64,000 nt of DNA from Octopus sinensis (taxonomy: Eukaryota). The notes under the pieces are model-generated. The model saw only the letters and a program-made list of their open reading frames with translations, was not told the DNA's origin and made no database searches. Below are positions 42,246-56,227 of the stretch, piece by piece (position 1 is the stretch's first letter; each line of letters starts with the position of its first letter). The stretch spans positions 90,954,001 through 91,018,000 of the forward strand of contig NC_042999.1 of assembly GCF_006345805.1 (NCBI RefSeq). Reading direction: 5' to 3'. Made by a program: the position numbers and the translations under genes.

Positions 42246-44575
42246 TGTTGTAGGGAATCAGTAATTATGGCCCACCTTTCTCACGCTACGAATGGAATAA
42301 CCTAATCACTATAAGTTACCTTCGAAGCATGCTACAGAAGATAGCAAATCTTCGACAAAGAATGTCAAGACCGGAATGATGAGATGAAAACGCGCTTAAT
42401 CTTGAGAAAATTAGCGGCAACAGAACATGAATGATATAGTAATTATGTACTCCCACTGAAACCTTCTGACATAAACTTTAATGACACAATAGATATATTG
42501 TGTAAATTTCTTAGTGAAAAAAAACTTATTGTTCAACACACGTTGAAGTGTATGAACAGAGAGAAAAAACAATGACGAGAACTACAACACATATGCAGGT
42601 AGAGTTAAGAAGGAATGCAAAAATTTTAAGCAGAATGAATTAACGCCAGATATGGTCAAATGCCTGATTTTTACACAGGGACTTACTGAAAAGGACGCAG
42701 AAGTTAGAACTAGAATTCTCGCAAAGCTGCAACAAAACCAAGATGTAACCCTACAGCAAGTGTAAGAAGAATGTGAAAGGATAGTCAACTGAGGATACGA
42801 CATAGAGGAAACTGAACGTAAAGACTGCTTCCAAGTAAAGCAAGAGATAAAGTTTTTTCTAAAAAAACACGAGAAAAATCAGGAAATATACCTATGATTT
42901 GCATGTGGAGGTATACACCAGAGGGAAAATTTTCCATTTAAAAACGCGGTGTGCTTTCGCTGTGGTAATATAGGACATATGATGACGCACTGTAGAATGA
43001 TGATGACAAAACGTCAGAACAAAGGAAAAAGAATAGATAGTTTGTCATAGGAAGACATTTTTAATATAACGATAAAGAAATTTGTGAAGGAGAAAATCAG
43101 GAATACAAGTGTGAAAATGCAGCTGGCTACTGCTAGTAATATCACCATTATAAATGAAAAGACTTGAAAATATGTCGGTAAACCGAAATTAATTAAATCG
43201 AATAAGGTAGCACATGGTGTTATGGGGAAAAGATTATTTTTTTCCAGTGAATTCATATGTAATGTAACATTTCGCGGTCAAATGAAAAACAGCAAAGTTA
43301 TATGCATTAAAAGATTCACTTAATCTACTTGGCGCAGAGTGGATGGAACTATTCAAAGTATAGAATACGCCCAGAAGTCTTTTATGTGAAAATATAGTCG
43401 GTCCAGTCGAAGGTTCGAATGAGAATGAGGGACTGAAACAAAATAATTGAAGTAAAACAGAGTGTAATACCTGTATGTAAGCCAGAACGAAATAAAAAAA
43501 AATAACCATAATAAAATGTAAACATTGTTCAAAAGTAGATGTCCCGTGGTCGAGAATACATATCGATGCTTCTGGTCCTTTAAACGGTTGTTACTACGTA
43601 TTGATAGTTGATAGTTTCCCGAAATGGTCTGAAATTTGTAAGTGTTAAAAACTAACCTCCTATGATAAAATATTTACACGAATTGTTTGCAAGATTTTAT
43701 ATCCCAGACAAGATAGTGTCTGACAAGGGAACGTAATTTGTGTCAGATGAAAATTAAAACAAAATTGTGAAACGTTCTCTGTAGAACGTATAACTACGGC
43801 ACCATCTAATGGCCCGGCAAAACGCTTTGTCGAAACCTGCAAAGCACTTAGAAAATCGAATAAGGAAGTCACGGATGAGGTATCTCTACAACAGTTCTTA
43901 AGAATGTAACATGTGACACCAAATCTGAATACACCAACAGGTAGATCACCAGCCGAGCTGTTGTTTGCAAGGAAAGTAAAATCAGTCTTTGATAAATTGC
44001 TACCAGGCAAGGAAAGAAAATGTGCCAGGAAAAACATAGCAAGATTCTTTAAAGTTGGTGAAAAGATGTGTATGAGGGCATACAAGAATGGAAAGCAGAA
44101 TTGGGTAGATGGCATAATTACCAAATGCAGAGATAAAATGATGTATTGGGTAAAAAAAATAGAAAAGGCATACAAAAGAGAAACGGGAAACAACTGAAAA
44201 AAAGATTCGTGGAAAGTGAGCCAAAGAAGTTGGAGAAACCGATGAAATGGTTGTACGATACGTTCCAAGTGCCAACGCCACTGAAGGTGATTGAAACCAA
44301 ACGTACAAGTGAGAGGAAAAGAAAACATACAGAGTTCCTGAAAATAGATGCCAAGCGCAAAAAGTATTAAATTTCCCGGATGAAAAACCACAAAAAAGGG
44401 AGATGGGAGTAAATAAAAAAAAAATATTGCTAAATAAAATGAAACTTCCTAAGGAAAACTTAAAATGGGAGGTTTCGTAGGGAAGTAGTAATAATGGTAC
44501 ACCCCTTCCACGTGACGAATGGAATGACATAGTCCCTATAAGTAAAGAGGGAGGCGGTCAGATATAATCATTTCC
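42246..44575 (+). mobile_element. Decayed Ty3/Gypsy LTR retrotransposon (K02A2.6-like type) lacking RT/RNase H
   Basis: Gag (VLPLKPSDINFNDTI...KCLIFTQGL...RTRILAKLQQ), CCHC (CFRCGNIGH), protease-like (QLATASNITII, NLLGAEW) and integrase (PWSRIHID..GP...IVDSFPKW, IVSDKGT, SNGPAKRFV, SPAELLF). LTR remnants at 42246-42316 and 44473-44543, the latter preceded by a purine tract. Confidence 0.88.
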
Positions 44576-44579
44576 ACAC

Positions 44580-46008
44580 TAGTTTTTGGAGAGGCAAGTC
44601 GATGCCGTCCAATAACGTCATGGGATGTTGGACGGAAGGTCCAGTTAAGATGCTAGGGGTCTGGTTTGGTCCGGATTTCCAGGTAGAGAAGAAATGGAGA
44701 GAAGTCACGAGCAAGGTAACTATCTTAACCCAGATTTGGTCTGGAAGGACGTTATTGCTGCTAGGGAGGGCGGAGGTGATGCAGATGTACATAGACTTGT
44801 TATCACTTACCACCTGGCCATCGTGCCTTCCCCCGATTTGTAAATGAGCAAGTTGGAGCGTTTCTTCTGCTTTTTGTGGAGAGGGGCACCACTTCTAAGT
44901 CGCTCTATCTGCTGCCAAAAGCCGTTAAAGGGTGGACTAGGGATGCCGTAATTCAAGATGCACAAGTTTTGCGCTAGGTTTAGGCACCTCTAGCTCTACC
45001 TGGATGGTGAGCAGGTGTGGTCACCGCTAGTCAAGTTTTTCTTACCGCAACTGACCTTCCTACGGGGTTTAGGTTCTTGGATCAAGCGGAGACTGAGATT
45101 GGCAGCTAGACTGCCGACAGGCAATCACGCTACTCTCTTGGGAAGGCAATACCGGCGCCTGGAGTTCACTTTCGGACTTCTATAGCGGGTTAGTAGAGTA
45201 CATGTCAGATGATATCCTGAGGAAGACTCTGGGCTTCGATAGAAATCAGTTAATCTACATGTTCGAAACAATTTTCGGATCGGGGTATCTGGGCAATAAC
45301 CAGAAATCTCTGACCTGGTTGTGTTACCGATCTGCATTACCTGTTCGAGAAAGGTTATCAAGGTACGGTTGTGCCATCCCAGTGACCTGTTTGAGGTGCG
45401 GGCGGGACAGTGAAACTGTCCCGCGCGCCTTTGTACATTGTACGGAAATTAGGGAACTGATAATCTATATCGAACAGCTGTTATCAACGAAAGAAAGAGT
45501 ACAGCTACCATCAGAATCTATTATTAAGATTGTGCCGCCCTCCTCCCTGAACAGGGAGAGGAGGGTTTGTTTTCTCTGTGTAGTGGCCATACTGAACTAG
45601 TCAGTATGGAGAACACGTGTGAAAGGGATCGCGATAGGCATCTTCATCTCCGGCCGGAGGCTGTTTAGTTATTTCAAGTACCACCTCCAAAATAACATCC
45701 CGCTGGAGAAGAGATACCTGCCGCATAGTATGTTTGATAAAAGATGGACGACAGTCGTAAGAAAGTTGCGAGTGAATAGAAATAGCGAAGTATAGCCTTC
45801 CAACAACAAAAGCGGATACGTCGGATAACGGCGGTGAGTTAGTTAACCCAGTGATGCATATACAAAATAGGAATTTTTATTTTTATCGATTTCTGTAAAA
45901 TTGTTAAATTACCATCCGATTTAATTATATTTGATATATGTGTATGTTCGCTTGTCTATCCTTGTAATATTCCCTATTTGATGGGCCCTGTGTGGCCAAT
46001 GAAAGAAA
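44580..46008 (+). mobile_element. L1/Tx1-clade LINE 3' fragment with 3' UTR
   Basis: GPVKMLGVWFGPD...IWSGRTLLLLGRAEV; QKSLTWLCYRSALPVRERL...CLRCGRDSETVPRAFVHC; ends ggccctgtgtggccaatgaaagaaa. Confidence 0.88.
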
Positions 46009-46048
46009 GTGTGTCTTTACTGGTTTTACTAAGTATATTGTATACCGA

Positions 46049-46415
46049 GTGGAGGCGCAATGGCCCAGTGGTTAGGGCAGCGGACTCGCGGTCATAGGAT
46101 CGCGGTTTCGAATCCCAGACCGGGCGTTGTGAGTGTTTATTGAGCGAAAACACCTAAGGCTCTACGAGGCTCCGGCAGGGATGGTGGTGATCCCTGCTGT
46201 ACTCTTTCACCACAACTTTCTCTCACTCTTACTTCCTGTTTCTGTTGTACCTGTATTTCAAAGGGCCAGCCTTGTCACTCTCTGTGTCACGCTGAATATC
46301 CCCGAGAACTACGTTAAGGATAAACGTGTCTGTGGAGTGCTCAGCCACTTACACGTTAATTTCACGAGCAGGCTGTTCCGTTGATCGGATCAACCGGAAC
46401 CCTCGTCGTCGTAAC
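46049..46415 (+). mobile_element. Group-C SINE, full length, with TSD
   Basis: A box TGGCCCAGTGG and B box GGTTTCGAATCCC; flanked by ATTGTATAC(C/T)GA (from 46037 and from 46416). Confidence 0.9.
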
Positions 46416-46790
46416 ATTGTATACTGAAGTGGGTGTTATAACAATCCAGTATTTTAAGAATTATAACGGTAGATAAAATGAATTTGTCAGCACTGGTGTC
46501 AATACAATCTAGTAATTTCTCGCATCTCAAAATTTGAAACAGACTTTGGAGAAGAAAATTCCTCCTCAAAATATGCCAATGTAAGAAAACATTATTGTTT
46601 GAAAAGCGTCGGTTTGCCTATGAGATGAGAGTGAATGGCTATTTATGGTGTAATGCTACGTATCCTACACAGCTTCTTAATAACTTTTCTTGGTTATAAT
46701 TTTTTCTTATGGTCGGAGATAATGCATTATGACAATGCATTATCTTTGCTCGGAAAAATGACAGTAACACTAATATCTAACAGCCAATAG

Positions 46791-47020
46791 GGAGGCGAGC
46801 TGGCAGAATTGTTAGCACGCCGGGCGAAATGCTTAGCAGTATTTCGTCTGCAGTTACCTTCTTAGTTCAAGTTCCGCCGAGGTTGACTTTACCTTTCATC
46901 CTTTCGGGGTCGATTAAATAAGTACCAGTTACGCAATGGGGTCGATGTAATTGATTTAATCCCTTTGTCCTTGTTTGTCCCCTCTATGTTTAGCCACCCC
47001 CTGTGAGCAATAAAGAAATA
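46791..47020 (+). mobile_element. Group-B SINE with perfect 16-bp TSD
   Basis: AATATCTAACAGCCAA at 46772-46787 and 47021-47036. Confidence 0.92.
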
Positions 47021-47144
47021 AATATCTAACAGCCAAATGCGCAGAGGCATTTTCTGTTGCCGCTGAACCAAACAGGGCTATACTTGAGCTCCTGTACTTT
47101 TTCCATATTTTCTAAATTCTTTCCGATTCAACTTTTACGGATTA

Positions 47145-47390
47145 CATTGAAGGCGTTAAATTTCAGTTTCGCACAGAAGTAGGAACGTCTACTATACCTA
47201 AAAGGGCAAAGTTTCAGATCAAAGAAAAAGACAAAGGAAGAAATTCTATCTGATTTTCTGCTTGCTGATGATTCCGCTTTGATTTCTCATACGTTTGAGA
47301 GAATTCAGGAAACAGTTGCTGCAGCATCTCGTGCATTTGGATCGATATCAGCAACCAGAAGACTGAAGTTTTACTTCAACCGGTCATTGT
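47145..47390 (+). mobile_element. RTE(-BovB-like) LINE RT fragment
   Basis: GVKFQFRTEVG...EILSDFLLADDSALISHT...AFG..ISNQKTEVLLQP. Confidence 0.75.
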
Positions 47391-47666
47391 ACGTTGACTG
47401 TGTTACCATAAGTGACTATCTCTCTTATTAGCTGGCAGTGCACCTTGTCCAGTTTCTGTGACTAAAAATGAGATAACCACTCCGAAATGATTGCATCTCA
47501 TAGTCTGCGTAGGTGGCGCTGCGAGCTGATGTTGGTGTATATACACCATTTGTCTAGAGCGAGAAATTTTATTCTTGACAAAATACAGTGAATGTATTTC
47601 TTACGGGTTCGAATGTGCTTGCATCAAACATATTTGAACTGGTAATAACCTTGCACATAGATATAC

Positions 47667-47716
<50 letters not shown>

Positions 47717-49269
47717 GAAACAGATTTGCGATTAATTTCTATTACATTAAACTGCCATATTCTGATAGAATCTTGGCATTGGGAGAGATTAGCACCGGCG
47801 TAAATAAGTAGATCATCGTTACACGTCCTTACATAGACTAAACCATTAAAATAATTATAGGTGCAAATCCAGTTGAGATTTTGGATCTTCTCATTTTAGT
47901 CATTTTAAAACATTAATTGTGCTGCATAACTCACGAATATATAAAAGAAATATCTTCTTCAGTCTTGTCATCCACTTGGATAACTGGATCATTTCTTTAA
48001 CTTTACATGATAAAACGCCAGTATAAACAAACACATTCACGCTTACATATAAGCTTGGAGAATACTATGCACTTACACATACAGAGTTACGTTCATTTTG
48101 ATAACACTGCAAAACCTAAAAACCTCACACAATATACACTGACATAGTATTACATTACGAAAGCACTTGGTGCATATTGGTTTTGTTTTTTCATTTCTCT
48201 GTGGGATGTAGGCAACATCGGTCTTCCTATTAGCCGCATTATTTTTATGAAGGCATCAAAAATCTTTCTCATTTATCTCCGATCAGAACCAACAATAAGG
48301 TGTTCGTATTTTATTTTCTTCAATGAATTTAATACTATTAAAGATTTACATCTTTCAACGCAGAAAACAGAAAATGCGCATATATTTTTGCAAAGTGATT
48401 TGAAGTTTATTGTCCGGAAAACCTCGAAATATTCATTGAAAGAGATTATTGATTTGCACTGTAAGTTAGATTTTGTTTCAAGCTTCCTAATGTGGTAAAT
48501 CTGCTAAAGAAATAATAACGGAATCATTTTATGCATGACACAACTTTAAGGCTGTTGCTCTAGCTATTATTACCTCAGTAATCTTATTGATATTGTGTAA
48601 TTTCACAGGATAACCGAGTGCAATTTCCCGTGCCTTGCGCACATATATTGCGCTTTTTTTTTCTTTTCCTAACTTTGTATTACAGAAAGTATAATGCATG
48701 AGTTGTTGCTAGCTGTGATGTTTTCTGTTTGTAGTTAATATGTGTAAATTTCGGTAGTATTTTTCAACGTCACTTTATATCGTTTCTAAATCACCTATTA
48801 CAACAAATGAGAATTCCTTCTTTTCAGATTACGTATTTTAAAGTTTTTAGGCTTAAACATATTGATAGGCCATCCTATTTTTTCATGAATTTATTGTTGA
48901 TTGCTAGAAATAACATACTTTAATATTCCTATTGGTGTCGCATGTTCATCGTTTTAGGGAGAAAGTGAGGTTTGTACAGCGAAGTATATCCGTGTCATAT
49001 TAGCTTCCGCTACTTTCATGCCTGTGGTCTCAAGTTTCTCATCATCATATTCACGACTGAATCAGAATTCCATTTCATAGGAAAATGCACTTGGGATTTG
49101 GTATGTGATGTGTTCCGTTTTCTTCCATGCTTGATCGTTTCCTTCCAAATATATACGCAGTGGTCAGTATTATTATTATTATTATTATTATCTATATGCT
49201 ACGTATGTTTTGAGTGGTTATTTGTCTGCATATTTCTCTGATAAGCTAAGCAGTTAAATTTATACTATA

Positions 49270-50278
49270 TTATTGGGTTGACAAGAAAGTAATTTCGTTT
49301 TTTGCAAATAGATATAGTTACAGTGTTTTTGAATGACTTTTGTCAATGTTACGATTTTTTTTCCTTTTGACATTTGATAGCCGTTACTATTAGCTTACTT
49401 TAGAAGCAAATTGCGCGTAATTTTGTTTATCGTTGTTAGTTCATTGTCAGATTTAACATGTAGTACAAAGGCAAACATTTTTGCAATATTTTGCATTTTT
49501 ATTTTCGTAAAAGCAAAAAAGCTACTGAGGCTCTCTAAGAGATATGTGAAGTTTATGGTGTTGATTGCTTAACAGAACGCACATGCCAGAAATGCCTTTA
49601 CAAATTCCGTTCTGGAGATTTTTCACTCAAAGAGGACCAACGTTCTGTAGGACCTACTGAAGTTGATGATGACCGAATCAAAGCGATAACTGAATCTGAT
49701 TGTCATATAACTGTGCGAGAGATTTCAGAGAGGTTACATGTATCACACACAACAATTGAAAATCACTTAAAATGCTTTGGACTCGTTAAGAAGCTCGATA
49801 TTTGGGTTCCACATAAATTGTAAGAAATTCCCTTAACACGATGAATCAATATTTGCGATATGCATCTCAAACGCATTGAAATTGACCTTTTTTTGAAACG
49901 CATCATCACTGGTGATATAAAATGGATTGTCAACAATAGCATCAATCGAAAACAATCATGGTCCAAGCGTAATGAACAAGCAGAAACCATATCGAAGGCT
50001 GAAAGCATCAAAAAAAGGTCAAGCTGTTAATTTGGTGGGATTACAAAGGTGTTGTGTATTTTGAGATGCTTTCAAGGAACCAAACAATCAATTCGGATGT
50101 TTACTGTCAACAATGAAACTGGAGGAAGCAATAAAAAAAAAACGGCCAAAATTGGTAAGCCGTAAAGGAATTGTGTCCCACCATAACAATGCTAGACAAC
50201 ATACGTATTTGCTAACTCGTGAAAAATTACTGGAGCTTGGTTGGAAGTGATGTTACATCCACCATATAGCCCTGATCC
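49270..50278 (+). mobile_element. Decayed mariner, 3'-truncated at a SINE
   Basis: Left TIR TATTGGGTTGACAAGAAAGTAATTTCGTTTT. ATG at 49458; WVPHKL, ITGDIKW, HHNNARQH and HPPYSPD, then SINE sequence. Confidence 0.9.
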
Positions 50279-50280
50279 AC

Positions 50281-50962
50281 TATGTTATGGGGACGTAAAC
50301 ACACAAACATCAGTTGTCAAATGATGGCGGGGGCCACAAACATGGACACAAAGACACACAGACGTAAATATATACACATATATACGACGAGCTTCTTTCA
50401 CTTTCTCTATACAAAATCCACTCATAAGGCTTTGGACAGCCCGAAGACATAGTAGAAGACACTTGCCCAAGGTGCCACGCAGTAGAACTGAACCCGCAAC
50501 CATGTGGTTGGGAAGCAAGCCCCTTACCACACAGACAAACTTGCCCCAATATATATATATTCTTTTATTCTTTTACTTGTTTCAGTCATTTGGCTGAGGC
50601 CATGCTGGAACACCACCTTCAGTCGAACAAATCGACACCGGGACTTATTCTCTGCAAGCCTAATACTTATTCTATCGATCTCCATTTGCTGAACCGCTAC
50701 GTGACGGTGACGTAAACACATCAACATCGGTTGTCAAGTGATGATGGGTGAACAAACACAGACACAAATAAACACACAAAACACAAATATATATACATAC
50801 GACGGGTTTCTTTCAGTTTCCGTCAACCAAATCTACTCACAAGGCTCTGGGAGGCCCGAGGCTATAGTAGAAGACACTTGCTCAAGGTCGTAAGCAGTGT
50901 GACTGAACCCGGAAACATGTAGTTTGGAAGCAAGCTTCTTGTCACTCAGCTACTCCTGCACA
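50281..50962 (-). mobile_element. Two tandem group-A SINEs (50281-50533 partial, 50560-50962)
   Basis: Two consecutive matches to the 8674-9082 family. Confidence 0.85.
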
Positions 50963-51019
50963 TAGGTATATACAAAACAAAGATATCCATACTTGTATAA
51001 TATGTATATAAGCGTTTAA

Positions 51020-51023
51020 ACAC

Positions 51024-51120
<97 letters not shown>

Positions 51121-51324
51121 TATAAGCACACATGTATACACATATGACCATGGATTTATTTCAATTTATTTCACTTTCGTATATTCTATTTTATTTACTT
51201 TATTTTAGTTTTGCTCAAATATACATTAATCTATAAAGAAGCAATTTAGAAAGGAACGTATATAGAAATGCACATGCATATTGCTGTAGAAACTATTGAC
51301 ATACATACTAGTTGCGTGTGTGTG

Positions 51325-51358
<34 letters not shown>

Positions 51359-51382
51359 AGTGTGAGTGTGAGTGTATATATG

Positions 51383-51455
<73 letters not shown>

Positions 51456-51571
51456 TTAGAGACAAAACCACTATTATGCAAATCAAACAAAGAAAGACTT
51501 AATCCAATACATAAAAAAATTTATATAAATTAAATAAAATTAAGTTATCCACTACATATTATATATTATAT

Positions 51572-51646
<75 letters not shown>

Positions 51647-51786
51647 TTATATATATATATATACACTCACACACACACATATATATATATATATATACTC
51701 ACACACACATATATATGTATATATATATATGTGTGTGTGTGTATATATATGTGCGTATGCGTGCGTGCGTATGTATGTATATATAT

Positions 51787-51817
<31 letters not shown>

Positions 51818-51830
51818 GCATATACGTAAG
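51020..51830. repeat. Cluster of (CA)n/(TA)n/(TG)n microsatellites
   Basis: Direct reading. Confidence 0.95.
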
Positions 51831-52506
51831 CACATACGCACAAGCGTCTATAAATATGAGTATAAATTACGTTTCACTTTCATTCTTTTTATGAACATAA
51901 ATTTTATTTCACTTTTCCTTTCTTTGTTTTAAATATACTACAAGCCATTATTCATGATTATATTTTATTGTTATTATTGAATCAAAATAAAAGTAATAAT
52001 TTCAACGCATGCGTGCACACACACACACGCATATATATACATATATAATAAACATGTGTATATATTCAGAGTGATACAAACATTTCTCAATGTAATCCTT
52101 TGTACATATTGATGATTTTCTATACAAGGTATTTAAAAGGGTACTTATATATTCATGTATGTTTCGTAATTTTAATTTTGTTTGTGAAATGAAACAGTTG
52201 TAGGTGAATATGTTAAGTAATTCATAAATTAATTTGTATCCATTAGATCTCTGCTTTCTAATTCTGTAAGAATGTTTGATATTTTACGATATTTTATATA
52301 ATATATTTATTGAAGAAATATCTCTTCAAAATACAATATATTAAACCAGTGTATCTCGGTTAACTTATCCCTATAAGAGGTCTAAGTATCATAATAGTGA
52401 CTACATATATATATAGTGGCCCTTGAAGGGGTCCATATAAGGTTTAGTTGTAATAAGTTGTGTGCAGTAAATCGATTTTACTTCTACAATGCACTAAATA
52501 TTTTAT

Positions 52507-52836
52507 AGGCGTAGGAGCGGCTGTGTGGTAAGTAGCTTGCTTACGAACCACATGGTTACGGATTCAGTCCCGCTGCGTGGCACTTTGGGCAAGTGTCTTC
52601 TACTATAGCCTCGGGCCGACCAAAGCCTTGTGAGTGGATTTGGTAGAGGGAAACTGAAAGAAGCCCGTCGAATATATGTGTGTATGTGTGTGTATATGTT
52701 TGTGTGTCTGTGTTTGTGCCTCCAACATCACTTGACAACCGATGGTGGTGTGTTTACGTCCCCGTAACTTAGAATAAGTACTAGGCTTACAAGGAATAAG
52801 TCCTGGGGTTGATATGACTGAAACAAGTACAAGAGT

Positions 52837-52840
<4 letters not shown>
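52507..52840 (+). mobile_element. Group-A SINE with internal deletions
   Basis: aggcgtaggagcggctgtgtggtaagtagc...gactgaaacaagtacaagagtaaaa. Confidence 0.88.
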
Positions 52841-52933
<93 letters not shown>

Positions 52934-53219
52934 TTTTCAGAACGAGATAAAAAAAACCAAGGCCCTTCAGAGCCTTGGTCTTTTATCTCATTCTAAAAAG
53001 AAAAAAAATTATATATACACACGCTGATATATGACCTAAGTTGGTCTACGGACATATATATTTTAAGATCTATGGACAATTTTTTTACATATGCTGGTCA
53101 CTGCTATAAGCTATCTTTAATAATTTTTACCATTTATATATAATGGAGAAATTATACAAAATGAATAAATGGGGCACCTCTTTGAAGAAAACCACAAAAT
53201 CAAAAGACACGCATACACA

Positions 53220-53280
<61 letters not shown>

Positions 53281-53282
<2 letters not shown>

Positions 53283-53906
53283 CAACTTATAAATAAGGGC
53301 AAACGAAAAAGTTTCTAATGCCAAATATGCCGAAAATTGGACATGTCCATTTACCATATAATTTTTTTCCCAGTACGCACGCTACTCGAAAAAAGGCCGA
53401 CAGAAATCTCTAAAAAATTCCATTATTGCCATAACGGACCGATTTCAGAGTTAGTTCAAAAAGAACCCTCCCTTCGTCAGTAATACATGTGGCAAAGAAG
53501 TAAATGAGATACTTACTCATACCCATGGAAGAAGCAAACACTAAGTCACGAGCAAAACTAAGTACCCCAACTAAATCCAAAAATAGAAATACTCCAGCCC
53601 ATTCAAGACACGTGCGATTTGAACTGAGGCACTCACAGACTGGGGGAGTCCGGAAGTGAACACTATTAAATTTATATCTAATGTAGGATAAACTTTTTTC
53701 AAAGAAATTTTATCAATGGACAGCATATTAAAAAATACCTTTAAAGGTTAAATTATATGTCCAAGTTTCGGCATATTTGGCATTAGAAACTTTTTCGTTT
53801 GCCCTTATTTATAAGTTGTTTATAATTTAACCTTTAAAGGTATATTTTAATATGCTGGCCATTGATAAAATTTTTTTCGAAAAAATTTTATCCTATATTA
53901 GATATA
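53281..53906 (-). mobile_element. Rearranged foldback element (A...B-A'-B') between TA tracts, carrying a hammerhead motif; Penelope-like
   Basis: A 53281-53344 is the reverse complement of A' 53757-53820 (1 mismatch). B 53673-53757 approximately matches the reverse complement of B' 53821-53906. Confidence 0.8.
53431..53486 (-). ncRNA. Degenerate hammerhead ribozyme (GUC triplet)
   Basis: Minus strand: guauua-CUGACGA-AGGG(ag)GGUUC-uuuuu-GAACU(aa)CUCU-GAAA-UCG-GUC-cguuau. Stem II and the core are intact; stem I is only partly paired. Confidence 0.55.
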
Positions 53907-53971
53907 TATATATTTATATATATATATATATGTATGTATTTCTGTATAATGTATGTATTTATGTATATATT

Positions 53972-54390
53972 CTTATACTTGTTTCAGTCTTTTGACAGCG
54001 GGCATGATAGAGCACCTCCTTTAGTCGAACAAATCGACCCAGGGACCTATTCTTTGTAAGCATAGAACTTATTCTATCGGTCTCTTTTGCCGAACCGCTA
54101 AGCTTCCGGGGCATATGCACATCATCATCAGTTGTCAAACGATGTTTGGTGAGGTAAGGAAACAGAGACAGACAAGAAATCACACACACACACAAACACA
54201 CAGATATATATATATATATATATATATATACATGCATATGATGTGCTTCTTTCAATTTCCGCCTGCTAAATCCACTCACACGGCTTTGGTCGGCCTGAGG
54301 CAATAGTAGAAGACACTAGCCCAATGTCCCACACAATGGGACTGAACCACAACTATGTAGTTTAGAAGCAAACTTCTTACCACAAAGCAC
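53972..54390 (-). mobile_element. Group-A SINE, degraded
   Basis: Matches family blocks. Confidence 0.82.
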
Positions 54391-54414
54391 GACTCAAATG
54401 TTTCGTGTTTGTAC

Positions 54415-54451
<37 letters not shown>

Positions 54452-56165
54452 GTGTGTGTGTGTGTGTGTGTGTCTGTACGTGTGTGTGTGCGTGCGTGGG
54501 TGCATGAGTCTGTGTGTATATGCATGGACATATATGTATACATAAACGCGTATATATATGTACATATATACCTGAAATTATATACATGTGTATGTGTCTC
54601 ATGTGTGTTTGATCTATTGCATTAATATGGATCTTATCGTGTTAAGCAACATTTTCTATAGGGATAAACTTTATATTGTAGCTATCACAAGAACTGTAAT
54701 GTTGTTTAACGAGAAATTTATCAGTTTCCTCAGTGCACAATGTATCATCAGTTCAATAAACATGATGTGCTAGGGAGAAACAATATATATTAGGATTTTT
54801 GATGAAAGATTTATTAATTTTCCCCGTACTGATATATAATAAGAGAGCAGGGTTTCGAGGAAAAGTCTAGCCGACTTAGAATATGTAATTTTGAGATGAT
54901 CAATATCTCCATTGGAATGTTTGCAGACATAGTTCTCAACTATCAAACACGGAGCTATTTGCAAGTAGTTGACAGTCCCTGGATGTACTGAGAGAAAGAC
55001 ACATCTGCATCTTAGCTCCGTTCAAAACGTGTAAGGATTCGGTGATTTGCATAAAATATATTCTATTTCAACTGAAAATATTCATTTTGGAGTTTTGTTT
55101 TGTATAATAGAGGAGATACAATTTTCAATTTTGCAAAACAAATGTTATTTGCTCAATCACATAGAAGCAATACTGTGTCTTCTATGCTGTAATCTTTTGT
55201 CTTATTTGTGTTACTTTTCGGCATCACTTCAGTGCATTTTTTGCTGATTGCGAACATGGTGGCGTGTACATATCTGTTTATATCTAACAATGTGACAGTG
55301 TATAAAAGGGATTCAAAATGTACTTATGGTATCATATTTACTAACACAGGCATTTTAAATTGGATACAGTCGGAAGCTACAATTTAACTTCAGTCAGTAA
55401 GGAAATCCATGAGTCTAGAGCCAAAAATTCTTGTCAAACTTCCTTATGTTTTGAGTGAAAATTCCGTTGATGTCAATTCGTAGAATAAGCATCAACTTCA
55501 ACGGTCGATCTAATATATCGCTCACTTTAGCCCGACCATTATTATGCAAGTGATGGTCATTGTAGTGCAATTATCCTGAACAGATTTCATGTCTACAAAG
55601 AGCTCGATATCTTAATTCCTTGCTCCCTAGTGCAATAAACCATGACTTGTGGTTTTTTCCTCAAATTTTCAGGTGTTCAACAATAGACTTGAACGCAAGC
55701 CATCCTATTATGAGCCATAAGATAACTAATCCTGTTCTAACTTATTGGCATTTAAGAACACTATATTATTGAAGCATGGGGATTAAAAAAAATATATATA
55801 CTAGGCTTTATTCAAATGTTTCTGTTATAATTTATAAGCGTTTGACCACCGAAACATTTGGAGCATAACATTAAGTTATACGATTTTGCAGTTTCTTTGC
55901 TTGATGGCAATTTGCACACTCAGTGTTTATTTTTGCATCAATTGTATGCATATGAATATTTATTCATCAGATCTTGTAGGTGATGTTTTTAACAATCGAC
56001 ACTCTTAGAATTTAAAACAGCATATGAGCGTAAAAGAACTGGAAAATGAAATAAGTAAATGAAATCTCGCAAAACAGAGTTTGTTAGTGAATGATATATT
56101 ATTGCATTCCTAAAACATATACCGTGCAAGTGCAAAGAGCTGATACAATATTTATAATATAATTA

Positions 56166-56215
56166 AGGCGGCGAGTTGGCAGAAACGTTAGCACGCAAAA
56201 TGCTTAGCGTTATCT
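56166..56215 (+). mobile_element. Group-B SINE head fragment
   Basis: aaggcggcgagttggcagaaacgttagcacgc. Confidence 0.75.
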
Positions 56216-56227
56216 TGTCTTGATTGT

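Noticed and set aside
46049-46125. tRNA-like sequence
   Set aside because: It is the head of a SINE (continues into body and tail, has a TSD), not a tRNA gene.
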